From Rhodospirillaceae bacterium (GTDB lineage: Bacteria; Pseudomonadota; Alphaproteobacteria; Rhodospirillales; Rhodospirillaceae): DNA of 64,000 nucleotides. Below, piece by piece: positions 37,330 through 47,718 of the stretch (positions are counted from its first letter, which is position 1; each line of letters opens with the position of its first letter). The position numbers and the translations under genes are program-made. Below the pieces are notes generated by a model. That model saw only the letters and a list, made by a program, of their open reading frames with translations, was not told the DNA's origin and did not search any database. The stretch lies in contig JAVKEJ010000053.1 of NCBI GenBank assembly GCA_040221475.1, positions 648,918-712,917 on the forward strand, read 5' to 3'.

Positions 37330-39435
37330 ATGGCCTTACGCCCCACCATTTTGAATCCGCTGTTCGCATCCGTTGAAAGTCTGGCCGGTATCGGGTCCCG
37401 TATTACCAAGTTTCTGGAAAAACTCACCGGTGACCGGCTCATTGATCTCCTTTGGCATCTGCCGAACGGTATCATTGATCGCCGGTTCGCTCCTAAAGTC
37501 GGTGATGCGCCAGCCGGCCGCATTTGCACGCTAACGGTGGAAGTTTTGGCGCACAGCCCGCCGCCAAACCGCAACTCTCGCCTGCCTTACAAAGTGATCT
37601 GTGGCGATGAGACGGGCAAGATCACCCTCACCTTCTTTCATGCCAAAGGTGATTATCTGAACCAGACCTTGCCCGTAGGCGAAACCCGCGTCATCAGCGG
37701 CAAGGTTGAGGTCTACGATGGCCAGCGCCAAATGGCTCACCCCGATCATATTGTTACAGAGAGTCAGAAATCAGCCATACTGCGCGTTGAAGCGGTTTAT
37801 CCGCTCACTGCTGGGCTTTCTCCAAAGACTCTCGTCAAAGCAATCCATGGGGCTTTAGACAAAGTACCTGATCTGGCCGAATGGCTCGATCCGGCTCAAA
37901 TCAAACGAGATGAATGGCCGGGATGGGCAGAGGCTTTACGCAGGGTGCACCACCCTGACACGGGCGCAGAACTCGATCTCACCAGTCCCATTCGTCGACG
38001 TTTGGCCTACGATGAATTACTGTCCAACCAGTTGGCACTGGCTATCGTCCGGAGCAAAGCGCGGCGTCTTGCCGGACGAGTCATCAAGGGCGACGGCCAA
38101 CTTCGACAAAAAGCCCGTGCTGCCCTGCCCTTTACTCTCACAGGCGCACAAACCAGAACACTTGGCGAGATTGATAAAGACCTGGCGTCCGAGCACAGAA
38201 TGCTGCGTTTGCTTCAAGGCGACGTCGGCAGTGGAAAAACGGTTGTTGCGTTGATGGCCATGCTCTCTGCCGTTGAGGCAGGAGGGCAAGCCGCCCTTAT
38301 GGCGCCAACGGAGTTGCTCGCACAGCAGCATCTGGCCACTCTGAAACCTCTCTGTGCCGCCTGCGGTGTCTCCATTGCCTTCCTTAGTGGACGTGTCAAA
38401 GGCAAAGCCCGTGATGAGGTGCTGGACGATGTCGCCAATGGCACCATTTCTATCTTGATTGGCACTCACGCGTTGGTCCAAAAAGACGTTGCGTTTAAGG
38501 ATCTGATGCTCGCCATTGTCGATGAACAGCACCGTTTCGGAGTCCATCAACGCTTGGAGCTGGCTCAAAAAGGCCGCGCTATCGATATGCTGGTGATGAC
38601 CGCCACCCCTATTCCACGCACTCTCACACTCACAGCCTACGGTGATATGGACGTTTCCCGCCTGGATGAAAAACCGCCGGGTCGGAAACCCGTTGATACG
38701 CGCCTCGTAAATCTGGAACGCCTTACTGAAACCATAGCTGCGGTACAGCGAGCAATCGCATCCGGTGCGAAGGTGTATTGGGTTTGCCCCCTCGTCGAGG
38801 AGTCTGAAACCTCCGATCTGGCCGCCGCCGAGGAGCGCCACCGGCATCTCACTCACATACTTGGCGATACCGTCGCTCTGGTTCATGGCCGTTTGAAAGG
38901 CCCCGAGAAGGACGCGGCCATGGCGGCCTTTGCCGACACGCAAAACCCAAATAGCCCAAAGGTGCTGGTGGCGACAACCGTCATCGAAGTTGGTGTCGAC
39001 GTGCCTGAAGCCACAGTTATGATCATTGAACATGCTGAGCGTTTTGGCCTGGCTCAATTGCATCAACTGCGCGGGCGCATTGGCCGGGGCGACAAACCTT
39101 CGACGTGTCTACTGCTCTATAACGCCCCGCTGACGGAAACGGCAAAAGCGCGTCTTAACATTATGCGCGATACGGAAGATGGATTTCTGATCGCTGAAGA
39201 AGATTTGCGCCTGCGTGGGGCGGGTGAAGTTCTGGGCAAGAGGCAAAGTGGCTTGCCCGAATTTCGTCTTGCCGACTTAGCCACACATGCCGACCTGCTA
39301 ACAATGGCCCGGGATGATACCAAACTCATTTTGGAACGTGACCCAGATTTAAAAACCGAACGTGGCAAAGCCCTCAGAACGCTGCTTTATCTTTTCGAGC
39401 AAGATGCCGCCATCCAAACCCTGAGATCAGGCTAA
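37330..39435 (+). CDS. recG: ATP-dependent DNA helicase RecG
   Basis: 701 aa. Wedge/OB N-terminus. Motifs GDVGSGKTVVA, DEQHRFGV, TATPIPRTL, QLHQLRGRIGRG. Confidence 0.95.
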   Translation: MALRPTILNPLFASVESLAGIGSRITKFLEKLTGDRLIDLLWHLPNGIIDRRFAPKVGDAPAGRICTLTVEVLAHSPPPNRNSRLPYKVICGDETGKITLTFFHAKGDYLNQTLPVGETRVISGKVEVYDGQRQMAHPDHIVTESQKSAILRVEAVYPLTAGLSPKTLVKAIHGALDKVPDLAEWLDPAQIKRDEWPGWAEALRRVHHPDTGAELDLTSPIRRRLAYDELLSNQLALAIVRSKARRLAGRVIKGDGQLRQKARAALPFTLTGAQTRTLGEIDKDLASEHRMLRLLQGDVGSGKTVVALMAMLSAVEAGGQAALMAPTELLAQQHLATLKPLCAACGVSIAFLSGRVKGKARDEVLDDVANGTISILIGTHALVQKDVAFKDLMLAIVDEQHRFGVHQRLELAQKGRAIDMLVMTATPIPRTLTLTAYGDMDVSRLDEKPPGRKPVDTRLVNLERLTETIAAVQRAIASGAKVYWVCPLVEESETSDLAAAEERHRHLTHILGDTVALVHGRLKGPEKDAAMAAFADTQNPNSPKVLVATTVIEVGVDVPEATVMIIEHAERFGLAQLHQLRGRIGRGDKPSTCLLLYNAPLTETAKARLNIMRDTEDGFLIAEEDLRLRGAGEVLGKRQSGLPEFRLADLATHADLLTMARDDTKLILERDPDLKTERGKALRTLLYLFEQDAAIQTLRSG

Positions 39436-39440
39436 GCCTT

Positions 39441-40157
39441 TTAGGCCGGCTTAATCACGTCATCCTGTCGTTCAGTGGGAACGCGCTTATCTGGCGGTGT
39501 AATGATGCCGCCTGAAACCACCATTTTAATGCCTTCTTCGACCGTCATGTGAAGCTTGGTCATATCTTTGCGCGGCACAAACAATAGAAATCCTGACGTT
39601 GGGTTGGGTGTTGTGGGCAAAAACACATTAACCATTTCATCCGCTGTCAGATTTTGCACTTCGCCTTTGGTTGTGCCTGAAACAAAGCCAATACACCACA
39701 ACCCTTTGCGAGGGTATTCCACCAAAACAACATCACGAAACGCCGTCGACTGGCTTTTCAGTATCGTTTCAAATATTTGCTTGATCGCGCCGTAGACATT
39801 GCGAATAACCGGCATACGTTCCAGCAACATTTCTCCCCATTTAATGAGGAGGCGCCCTAAGAAATTAGCGGTCAGAAACCCGATGACCACCAGCGTTGTG
39901 AACAGAACGATCAACCCAACACCGGGCACACTGAACGGCAAGTAGGTGTTGGGGTTATAAGTGTCCGGCAGCAACCCGGTCACCGTATTATCGATGAACG
40001 ACACCACCACGTAGGCAGCGTAAAAAGTTATAACCAGCGGCGCGGAGACCAGGATGCCGGTCAGAAAATAGTTGCGTAACCGCGCGGCCGGACCCATCTT
40101 TGGCGTAATCAGACCTAAGCCCTCGTTTACACCTGATTGATCATTAGCATCATTCAT
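39441..40157 (-). CDS. DUF502-family membrane protein
   Basis: Two N-terminal TM segments (YFLTGILVSAPLVITFY..., GVGLIVLFTTLVVIGFL), IPVIRNVY-like MPVIRNVYGAIKQ motif, PTTPNPTSGF motif. Confidence 0.75.
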   Translation of the reverse strand: MNDANDQSGVNEGLGLITPKMGPAARLRNYFLTGILVSAPLVITFYAAYVVVSFIDNTVTGLLPDTYNPNTYLPFSVPGVGLIVLFTTLVVIGFLTANFLGRLLIKWGEMLLERMPVIRNVYGAIKQIFETILKSQSTAFRDVVLVEYPRKGLWCIGFVSGTTKGEVQNLTADEMVNVFLPTTPNPTSGFLLFVPRKDMTKLHMTVEEGIKMVVSGGIITPPDKRVPTERQDDVIKPA

Positions 40158-40226
40158 GTTCGCCCCCTATACAGTCTGGACTCGACTTAGATACCTCATT
40201 TACCGGCGATAACCTATGGACAGACT

Positions 40227-40670
40227 ATGACAGATATATCCATGCCTAACCTACCGCAGGTGGGCGTCGGCGTTGTGGTCATCAACAAACAGAACGAGGT
40301 CTTGCTGATACGGCGTGGCCAAGAACCCAACAAAGGTCTTTGGACGATTCCCGGAGGCCGACAGGAAGTCGGCGAAACACTAGCCGAAACAGCACATCGC
40401 GAAATTCTCGAAGAAACTGGTGTAACAATAGCCGACCTGACCCTTGTCGATGTCGTGGACCTGATCCGCCATGACTCGCACGGAACTCTGACCCGTCATT
40501 ACACACTGATTGATTATGTCGCAGGGTATGTCGCTGGTACTCCTGTGCCTGGCGGTGATGCGGATGCCATCAAATGGGTGCCTGCAGCAGATATCTCAGA
40601 CCATGTGGAGTGGTCAGAAACCATTCGGATCGTCAAAAAAGCGATGACTAAGCTGGCACAGCATGATTGA
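40227..40670 (+). CDS. NUDIX hydrolase
   Basis: Nudix box GGRQEVGETLAETAHREILEETGV. Confidence 0.85.
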   Translation: MTDISMPNLPQVGVGVVVINKQNEVLLIRRGQEPNKGLWTIPGGRQEVGETLAETAHREILEETGVTIADLTLVDVVDLIRHDSHGTLTRHYTLIDYVAGYVAGTPVPGGDADAIKWVPAADISDHVEWSETIRIVKKAMTKLAQHD

Positions 40671-40700
40671 GTTTTCCGGATAATCTGCCTACATAGTCCT

Positions 40701-41033
40701 ATGTTTGAAGTTGATTACATTCCATCTGAAAAACCGCTGTTTAACGTGCGCCTGTGCACCAATAAGCGCCTAAACACAGATAAGATGCCGTCTTGTGGCG
40801 GACGTGGTAGCCGTGAAATGGCCGACAAAATTGAAGCCCTTCTCTTGGAGAAATCGATTCCTGCAAAGCTCATCCGCAGCCCCTGCATGAACAATTGTAA
40901 AGTTGGCCCAAATCTAAAAATCCAGGCGGCCGGTCTTTACAACAATCTCAGCGATGAACAAATTCCAGAAGTTATTGCAGCAATCGAAGCCGAAGTTGCC
41001 CGCCGGAAAACAGAGGCACAGACAGAACAGTGA
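40701..41033 (+). CDS. Thioredoxin-like [2Fe-2S] ferredoxin domain protein
   Basis: Four Cys in the expected spacing (RLC...PSCGGRGS...SPCMNNC). About 110 aa. Confidence 0.55.
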   Translation: MFEVDYIPSEKPLFNVRLCTNKRLNTDKMPSCGGRGSREMADKIEALLLEKSIPAKLIRSPCMNNCKVGPNLKIQAAGLYNNLSDEQIPEVIAAIEAEVARRKTEAQTEQ

Positions 41034-41184
41034 CTCAGTGGCAAGTCTTTGCGGCCCTAATTATCGGCGTTCCACTGTTATTATTTATTCTTGCTTCAAT
41101 TCTTCCCTGCGAGGGGTGCCGCTTGAGACGGCAGCGCTTCGTTCGCGCTGTCAACAAGATGAGAAACAAAGAACCGGGTAAAAG

Positions 41185-41397
41185 CTAAAACAGTCCCATC
41201 ACAGAAGCCCATCCACTTTGCAGATAGCCCATCATCGTCTCGGTAAAAAAGGCTGAAATACGATCCCATTGGGCATAGGGCCAGATAAAAGCCCGCACCA
41301 TGGCATCCCCCATGGGCACCTCGGAAAACAAATCCTGAATAAAAAACCCGATGCCACTGATGCAGTAAAAGGCTTGAATCGTCCAAAAGTTGATCAT
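41185..41397 (-). CDS. Possible small membrane protein (hypothetical)
   Basis: 70-aa ORF with a hydrophobic N-terminus and a G-rich stretch before the ATG. A competing 96-aa ORF lies in another frame. Weak call. Confidence 0.3.
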   Translation of the reverse strand: MINFWTIQAFYCISGIGFFIQDLFSEVPMGDAMVRAFIWPYAQWDRISAFFTETMMGYLQSGWASVMGLF

Positions 41398-41501
41398 GCC
41401 GCCCCCCGGCTTGCTATCAGGCTAACGCCAATTTAAACGTGAGCTATAGTCTAACCATAGCGGCTTTCCTGGCACTAAAAAAGCAGGCGTTTGATAAAAA
41501 C

Positions 41502-42596
41502 TTAAACACCATCCTCATCCGGCTCGCGCACCAAGTCTGTCATGCGTTTTTTCAAGGGGGCCACTTCATAGCCTGGCAATTGATAAACCCAACCATCCGC
41601 CTTTGCGTTAAGCTCAGCAATCACGTCAGCCCAGTTCGGTTTGCTGACTTGCCCAGACTCTTCTTCGCCAGACACTTCAGAGGCTGGAACCTCTTGAGGG
41701 GCCTGGCCACGAAAACGCAGCCAGTTCTCGTCGCCGCTTTCAATCAGGTCGACGTCAATCGTGAATCCGTCAAACCCTAAAAAAGTTGCTGTAATGGTTT
41801 GATCAGCCGGGAAATCCACATCAGCCGCTTTTTTCACATCGTCAAGCAACAGGTTGGACAACACCCGTCCCGTATCATCCGCAATGCTGTCACGGCGCAA
41901 CACCATATCTTCCGGAACATTCTCAACCGCATAATTGGCCTGTTCCGGTGTCTCTTTGTAAACCACCAGTTCCTCGCCATCGGGATGCACGATCCGAATG
42001 CGCTGAATATCCTTATCCTTGATGTCGGTGATCTCGCGGACCAACCAGTCGCGCGCCCGCGTACCCGGATTCAACTCGCCGGTGACAAGCCAAGCTTGCG
42101 GATCATCGGGCACCAGAATGTAAGTCCCGCCCTCGGTGCTGCCCAAGGTGAACTTACGTTTCCCGACCAGCAGCCGCGCCATTTCCGCACCCTCTGAATC
42201 AATCAACGCAACCTCTTTGGCCCGCGTGTCGTCTTTCACTTCTGGGTCAGCCAGGTCGAGGCGGTCATAGCGCTCAGCAAGTTTGGTCTTGGGCTCAATT
42301 TTCTCAAGACGCGAGAGCTTCACAACCAATTCGCCAACTTTGTCGCCTTGCACGGGATAGTTATCGCGCTCCACATAAACCCAGCCTTCGTCGGTGGCCT
42401 CCAGCGTTTCCACACCATCTTTGTGGCGCACCACAATCCGATCCAGATCATTGAGCGAGTCCAACAGATCCGGAAACACAACCGCTCCATCAAAGTCAGA
42501 GGATTCCATGGCCGGGCGGCTCAATATGGCCCACCCTGCAAGCACAACGGCAACAGCGGTCACACCCACGAGCGTTGTAAATCGAGAAGACTTCAT
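41502..42596 (-). CDS. DUF4340 domain protein
   Basis: N-terminal anchor plus repeated DUF4340-like pattern. Last gene of the GldA/F/G-like ABC operon. Confidence 0.65.
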   Translation of the reverse strand: MKSSRFTTLVGVTAVAVVLAGWAILSRPAMESSDFDGAVVFPDLLDSLNDLDRIVVRHKDGVETLEATDEGWVYVERDNYPVQGDKVGELVVKLSRLEKIEPKTKLAERYDRLDLADPEVKDDTRAKEVALIDSEGAEMARLLVGKRKFTLGSTEGGTYILVPDDPQAWLVTGELNPGTRARDWLVREITDIKDKDIQRIRIVHPDGEELVVYKETPEQANYAVENVPEDMVLRRDSIADDTGRVLSNLLLDDVKKAADVDFPADQTITATFLGFDGFTIDVDLIESGDENWLRFRGQAPQEVPASEVSGEEESGQVSKPNWADVIAELNAKADGWVYQLPGYEVAPLKKRMTDLVREPDEDGV

Positions 42597-42611
42597 AATC
42601 GCTCCTCCTTT

Positions 42612-44531
42612 CTAAGCTGAAGCTGTTGATGTGGTGGAGGCCGCTGCACGCTTGCGCCGCCAGACCGCCACAAAAATCATCAAAGCCCCAAAAACAATCG
42701 GCACCCCGGCTATATTCAGAAACTTTAATGTGCTTTCAAGACGATCAATGTCTTCCCGAAGGCCGCGCTGCACCTCACGCAATTCCTTACGGGTGGCCAG
42801 AATTTCGGATCGATAATTGGTGATGGTCAGTTGATCATCTTCGGTGATCGCGGCTTCACCCTGTCCATTCGGATTCAGTTGAATGGCACTGATGTCACTT
42901 TCCAGTGTCTCCAACCGACTTAGCAATTCTGTTTCTTTGGCACGGAACTGTTGCTCCGCACTCAACTGTAATTCCTCAACCACCGTAAACGGACGACTGA
43001 TTTGCCCTCTTCCCCGCAAGGACGACAGCGCCGGTGTACCGGTCAGGTTTTCTAGGGCATTAATCAGAAACGCAGCATTGTCTGCGGTGGGAACCACCAT
43101 GCGCTGTCCGAAGAAATTGCTTTCCTGAACCCAAAACCGGTCCGCCAGCATGTCCGCATCTGACACCACAATCACCTGGATTGGATCAGTCGCCACAGCC
43201 ATATGCTCCGCCTGCGCTTCACCCTCCATTGGCGTGACATCATCGTCAGGACGCCCGTCCGGAAAAGCTGATTTTGCCAAGCCCGTAACCCGTGCGCCTA
43301 GAAGCAGTCTCTCACCTGACGGCACAAACTCGCGGAACATCGCGACCACATCCGGCAATCCCATGACTTTGTCGGCATCAATTTCCATGGACTCCGTGCC
43401 GGTTTGAATCAGCGGTCTAATATCAAGCCCCGAGTCCTCAGACACAGACAACACACCCGCCGTCGCAATGGTCAGGTTCTTCAAATCGCCTGTGATCGCG
43501 TCTTCCTGGTTTAAGGCATCCGCTTGCAGATTCATCCACGCCGGGTAGTCAGAAATCACAGGCCGACCGCCAGCCGCCGTGTTCACCCGCACCGCCGCTT
43601 GTATATCCGCTGCAAGCACACCGTCTTCCAGAGTCAGGCCCCAAGCCGTCAGCAGAGTTTTAACACCAGCCAAATCAGCCGGCGCTGGCATGCCGCCCGC
43701 CGGTGGATTGCCGGACTCTAAGTTCGGGTCCGCAAAAACGATCGCTTTGCCACCCCCTAAAACCCACTGATCAATGGTATAGGCTGCTGTCTCACTCAAT
43801 CCGTCTGGCTGTGCCAAAACCAATACATCAATGTCTTCTGAAATCTGGTCCAGGGTCAGGTCCAGACGTTCCACTTCAAAGAAGTCTCGCATCTGATCCA
43901 TAATCTGCCACGGTGGTGTTGGCGTGCCGCCCATCCCCCCCATACCGGGACTCATACCCCCTTCTACGGGCAGTGACGTGATGAGGCCAATTTTAGGCTG
44001 CTCGGGATTAGACAGCGTGTAAACCAACTTGGTCAGGTCGTATTCAATGAACGCCTCGCGTTCCAGATTAAAAAACGAAATCACTTCCTGGTCATCGGTT
44101 GAATTTGTCGCTGCCAAGCCGAAGTAACCGACCTCGCCCAGATTCCCTAAAGGCACGGCCTGCAACCCAAAGCCGACTGCCCGGTCTTCCACGTCAGAAA
44201 AAGGCTCGGGGTCAAAGTACTGTGCTTGCAACATGCCGCCCGACAATGCCGAATACTGGCTGAGCAAATCGCGCACACGCTGGAAATACACGCCATGGCG
44301 GGGGCTGGCTTCTGCCAAGTTCTGCGAAAAGTAGACCCGCACGATAATCGGTTCTTTGATGTCTTGAAAAACCGGAATGGTCTCTTCGGTTAGCGTGTAA
44401 ACCTGCCCCTCCGTAACGTCCAAGCGCGCAGCACTGAACGTGGTTTGGGCAATAATGTTGACCGCCAAGAATAATACCGCGGCGACGATGACTGCGAAAA
44501 TAGCCAAACGGCTTTTATCTGTATTTGTCAT
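42612..44531 (-). CDS. GldG-family ABC-transport auxiliary protein
   Basis: N- and C-terminal TM anchors flank a large periplasmic region, the typical GldG layout. Start set to ATG 44531 behind GGAGGG (the track start 44582 overlaps the permease). Confidence 0.7.
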   Translation of the reverse strand: MTNTDKSRLAIFAVIVAAVLFLAVNIIAQTTFSAARLDVTEGQVYTLTEETIPVFQDIKEPIIVRVYFSQNLAEASPRHGVYFQRVRDLLSQYSALSGGMLQAQYFDPEPFSDVEDRAVGFGLQAVPLGNLGEVGYFGLAATNSTDDQEVISFFNLEREAFIEYDLTKLVYTLSNPEQPKIGLITSLPVEGGMSPGMGGMGGTPTPPWQIMDQMRDFFEVERLDLTLDQISEDIDVLVLAQPDGLSETAAYTIDQWVLGGGKAIVFADPNLESGNPPAGGMPAPADLAGVKTLLTAWGLTLEDGVLAADIQAAVRVNTAAGGRPVISDYPAWMNLQADALNQEDAITGDLKNLTIATAGVLSVSEDSGLDIRPLIQTGTESMEIDADKVMGLPDVVAMFREFVPSGERLLLGARVTGLAKSAFPDGRPDDDVTPMEGEAQAEHMAVATDPIQVIVVSDADMLADRFWVQESNFFGQRMVVPTADNAAFLINALENLTGTPALSSLRGRGQISRPFTVVEELQLSAEQQFRAKETELLSRLETLESDISAIQLNPNGQGEAAITEDDQLTITNYRSEILATRKELREVQRGLREDIDRLESTLKFLNIAGVPIVFGALMIFVAVWRRKRAAASTTSTASA

Positions 44532-44541
44532 TATGCCCTCC

Positions 44542-45276
44542 CTAAGCCGCTTTCTTGGCGTCGACCGCAACCGTGGTTGCAAACAGCCAAAACGCCATCA
44601 TCGATATAAAGAACACGGCATCGCGAAATTCCATAACGCCCCGGGTGACGGATTCAAATCGCACCAGGAAGCTCGACGCTGCAATCACATCGACCAAGAA
44701 ACTTGGGGCCCAGGCGCGGAAGAAATTCAACACCAGGTCCAACCCGCTCATGGTGAACACGAAGCACACCGCCGCCGCCGCAATGAAGGCGATGATTTGA
44801 TTTCGGGTTAAGGCGGACATGCAGGCCCCGATCGACAAAAAAGCGCCCGCCATCAAAAAGCTGCCCACATAGCTCAGCGCAATCACGCCATGATCCGGTT
44901 GACCCAAGTAGGACACCGTAATCCACAAGGGGAATGTTAACGCCAAGGCGATGCCACAAAAAATCCAAGCGGCCAGAAATTTACCAAGCACCGCATCTGC
45001 TGTGGTGATGGGGAGTGTCAGCAATTGCTCAATCGTGCCGCTCTTGCGCTCTTCTGACCACAGACGCATCGCCACAGCCGGCACCAACAACAAATAGAGC
45101 CAGGGGTGAAAGCTGAAAAATGTTTCTAACGACGCCTGCCCCCTGTCAAAGAAACGCCCGATGTAAAATGTAAACGCACCCGTCAAGGCCACAAAGATCG
45201 CGATAAACACAAACGCCATCGGCGTTGTGAAGTAGCCATAGAGTTCACGTTTCGCAATGATCCAAAGATTACGCAT
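44542..45276 (-). CDS. ABC-2 type transporter permease (GldF-like)
   Basis: Start set to MRNLWIIAKRELYGYFTTPMAFVF (ATG 45276, 4 nt after the ATPase stop). Six hydrophobic segments. Confidence 0.75.
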   Translation of the reverse strand: MRNLWIIAKRELYGYFTTPMAFVFIAIFVALTGAFTFYIGRFFDRGQASLETFFSFHPWLYLLLVPAVAMRLWSEERKSGTIEQLLTLPITTADAVLGKFLAAWIFCGIALALTFPLWITVSYLGQPDHGVIALSYVGSFLMAGAFLSIGACMSALTRNQIIAFIAAAAVCFVFTMSGLDLVLNFFRAWAPSFLVDVIAASSFLVRFESVTRGVMEFRDAVFFISMMAFWLFATTVAVDAKKAA

Positions 45277-45280
45277 GGTG

Positions 45281-46225
45281 CTATCCTCCCGCTGTGATTT
45301 GCCGGAAGACGGCATCAAGGTCGCCGCGATGGACATAGAGTTGCGAATAGGCGACGCCGTTGGCGCGCAAATTACCGACAACGCCTTCAATGAGGACCGC
45401 ACCGTTTTGTGGTAAGCAACGCAACTCAACCTCGCCATTGATCAACGGGACTTGCGTCACATCAGCCACACCGGCCAAGGTCTTTAACTGGCGCGTCGCA
45501 ATTTCAGCCGTCTCTGACGGCAGCACCACACAAATCGCGTTATGTTCAGGCAACATGCTCAATAACTGGTCCGACGTGCCGTCCGCCAATAACCTCCCAC
45601 TGCCGATAATCACCGCGCGGGTGCACACGGCTTCGACTTCTTCTAGGATATGCGTCGAGACAATAATCGCCTTCTCGGCGGCCATGTCTTGAATCAATGA
45701 GCGCACTTGGTGCTTCTGATTGGGGTCCAAGCCATCGGTCGGCTCATCCAAAATGAGCACCGGTGGATCATGCAAAATCGCCTGTGCCAGACCAACGCGC
45801 CGCTTGAAACCCTTGGACAGCACATCAATGGGCCGGTCAATCACCGGCTCTAAACTGACTTTGGTAATCACATCATCAATCTGTGATCGCGCCGCAGCTC
45901 CGGTCAGCCCCCGCACATCGGCAATAAAGCTCAAAAACGCGCGCACCGTCATGTCGTCGTATGATGGCGAGCCTTCCGCCATATACCCCAGCATGGATTT
46001 CACTTTGACCGGCTCAAGCGCAACATCGTAGCCGCAGACTTTAGCCGTACCGGAGGTTGGCGTTAGAAACCCCGCCACCATGCGCATGGTGGTTGATTTT
46101 CCAGCCCCGTTTGGCCCCAGAAATCCAAGCACCTCGCCGCGTTGCACGTTCAAGCTGATACCATCAACCGCAACGAACGATCCGAAGTGCTTTGTAATGC
46201 GGTCTAGCTCGACCATATTTTCCAT
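45281..46225 (-). CDS. ABC transporter ATP-binding protein (GldA-like)
   Basis: Walker A GPNGAGKST, signature LSKGFKRRVGLAQA, Walker B VLILDEPTDGLD. Confidence 0.9.
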   Translation of the reverse strand: MENMVELDRITKHFGSFVAVDGISLNVQRGEVLGFLGPNGAGKSTTMRMVAGFLTPTSGTAKVCGYDVALEPVKVKSMLGYMAEGSPSYDDMTVRAFLSFIADVRGLTGAAARSQIDDVITKVSLEPVIDRPIDVLSKGFKRRVGLAQAILHDPPVLILDEPTDGLDPNQKHQVRSLIQDMAAEKAIIVSTHILEEVEAVCTRAVIIGSGRLLADGTSDQLLSMLPEHNAICVVLPSETAEIATRQLKTLAGVADVTQVPLINGEVELRCLPQNGAVLIEGVVGNLRANGVAYSQLYVHRGDLDAVFRQITAGG

Positions 46226-46490
46226 GCTGCGTGCCTCCTTTTAGCCTGCCACCGACAGCCCGAAAACCGGAATACAGCGGAAGATTTGGCAGCAGTCATA
46301 AACGATTTCAAGACCCATGGGCACAGGAAAGAAGCGCAAAATCTCTCAAAAACCAAATCATTTCAAGACTGTAAGGAATTATAGCTAGGTATGGCAAAAT
46401 CTGAACAGCAGCAAATGACGATCACCCTTGCACTCGTTCATGATTGTGCCTACCAAAGCAGTAGCTATGCGGTTCACTAAAGGTGGTTAA

Positions 46491-47462
46491 ATGAAACATC
46501 TCGCTCTCGTCCTTGCTTTACTCGTGACCAACTTCTCGGCGATCGCAGACGATTTAACGCAAATAAGTCTGTCTGACCTTCGCGAAAAATACGCCGATGA
46601 AGGCACCCGCTATATCGACGTTGACGGGGCGGAGATTCATTATCGTGATGAAGGACAAGGGCCAGTGGTCCTGTTGCTTCATGCCTCCTTTTTCAATCTC
46701 AAGACCTGGGACCAGTTGGTCGACACCCTTAAGGCGGATCACCGCGTCATTCGCCTGGACTTCCCTAATGTCGGCCTGAGCGGTCCTGAAACAAAAGAGC
46801 CCCCGGGCGGCAAGTTTGACCTCATCGGGCGCAACGTCGAGATTGTGGAAGGCTTCGTTGAAAAACTCAACCTCGACACCTTTCACCTGATCGCAACCTC
46901 TAGCGGCGGCAGTGTTGGATTCCGGTATGCCGCCCAACACCCCGAAAAGGTGACGCGCCTCGTTCTCATCAATTCGGCGGGCATGCCGCGCACAGCGTCG
47001 ACCGACCCCAACCGCGACCGTGGCGACACCGCCCAATGGGACGACATGCCGGTCAAACCGCTTGAGTACTGGTCCTATAACGTCAACCGCAACTTCCCCT
47101 CCGCCGCTGACGCGCCGGACTGGCTGCTTGAGCTTGCGTTCGACATTAACCGCCGGGGCAACACAACCCCTGCCTCAAAGTACTTTTTTGAGACTGGCGA
47201 CCCGCAATCCATTCTCTCAGCGATACAAGCGCCAACTCTGCTGATGTGGGGCATGAGCAACCCAACAGTCGTACACCTGGAAGCGGATGTTATTGAGCAT
47301 TGGATGACCGGCGCACCCACCGTTCTCAAGAAGTATGAAGGTCTGGGCCACTACCCCTACATCGAAGCCCCAGACCCCGTTAACACCGATATCGCCAAGT
47401 TTCTCGCAGGTGACTTTGATGATGAGCTGAGACAAACGCAGCGGGTGAAAGTGACGCGGTAG
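46491..47462 (+). CDS. Secreted alpha/beta hydrolase
   Basis: Sec leader MKHLALVLALLVTNFSAIA. HASFF oxyanion region, nucleophile elbow IATSSGGSVG, C-terminal GLGHYPYIE catalytic His. Confidence 0.75.
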   Translation: MKHLALVLALLVTNFSAIADDLTQISLSDLREKYADEGTRYIDVDGAEIHYRDEGQGPVVLLLHASFFNLKTWDQLVDTLKADHRVIRLDFPNVGLSGPETKEPPGGKFDLIGRNVEIVEGFVEKLNLDTFHLIATSSGGSVGFRYAAQHPEKVTRLVLINSAGMPRTASTDPNRDRGDTAQWDDMPVKPLEYWSYNVNRNFPSAADAPDWLLELAFDINRRGNTTPASKYFFETGDPQSILSAIQAPTLLMWGMSNPTVVHLEADVIEHWMTGAPTVLKKYEGLGHYPYIEAPDPVNTDIAKFLAGDFDDELRQTQRVKVTR

Positions 47463-47498
47463 CTAGAACAGTCGCTATCGTCATGGCCAAATAGCGCA

Positions 47499-47718
47499 GC
47501 GAAGCCGAACAAACAACAGACCGCAGGTTCAGAGTCTTTAACCCCGCCCTGCCATCGTACTGATCGGATTTATTAGGAATTGGTGAGCCCAGCAGGACTC
47601 GAACCACCTCGGCGAAGCCGAACAAACAACAGATCGCAGGTTCAGAGTGTTTAACTCCGCCCTGCCATCGTACTGATCGGATTTATTAGGAATTGGTGAG
47701 CCCAGCAGGACTCGAACC
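47499..47718. repeat. Tandem duplication (2 x 107 nt, period 113 nt, 3 mismatches) of the tRNA-Lys 3' end plus its downstream flank
   Basis: 47499..47605 and 47612..47718 align with only 3 differences. Each copy ends with TGGTGAGCCCAGCAGGACTCGAACC (tRNA-Lys T-loop to CCA). The copy at 47581..47605 is an orphan 25-nt tRNA fragment. Confidence 0.9.

Noticed and set aside
37203-37574. 123-aa minus-strand ORF at the sdhE/recG divergent region
   Set aside because: It overlaps the recG 5' end and promoter region. The composition is Arg/Ser-rich and there is no support for coding.
38017-39066. 349-aa ORF antisense to recG, and similar antisense ORFs in gyrA (50435..51160) and mfd
   Set aside because: These are shadow ORFs inside strongly supported genes, with no recognisable motifs or ribosome-binding sites.
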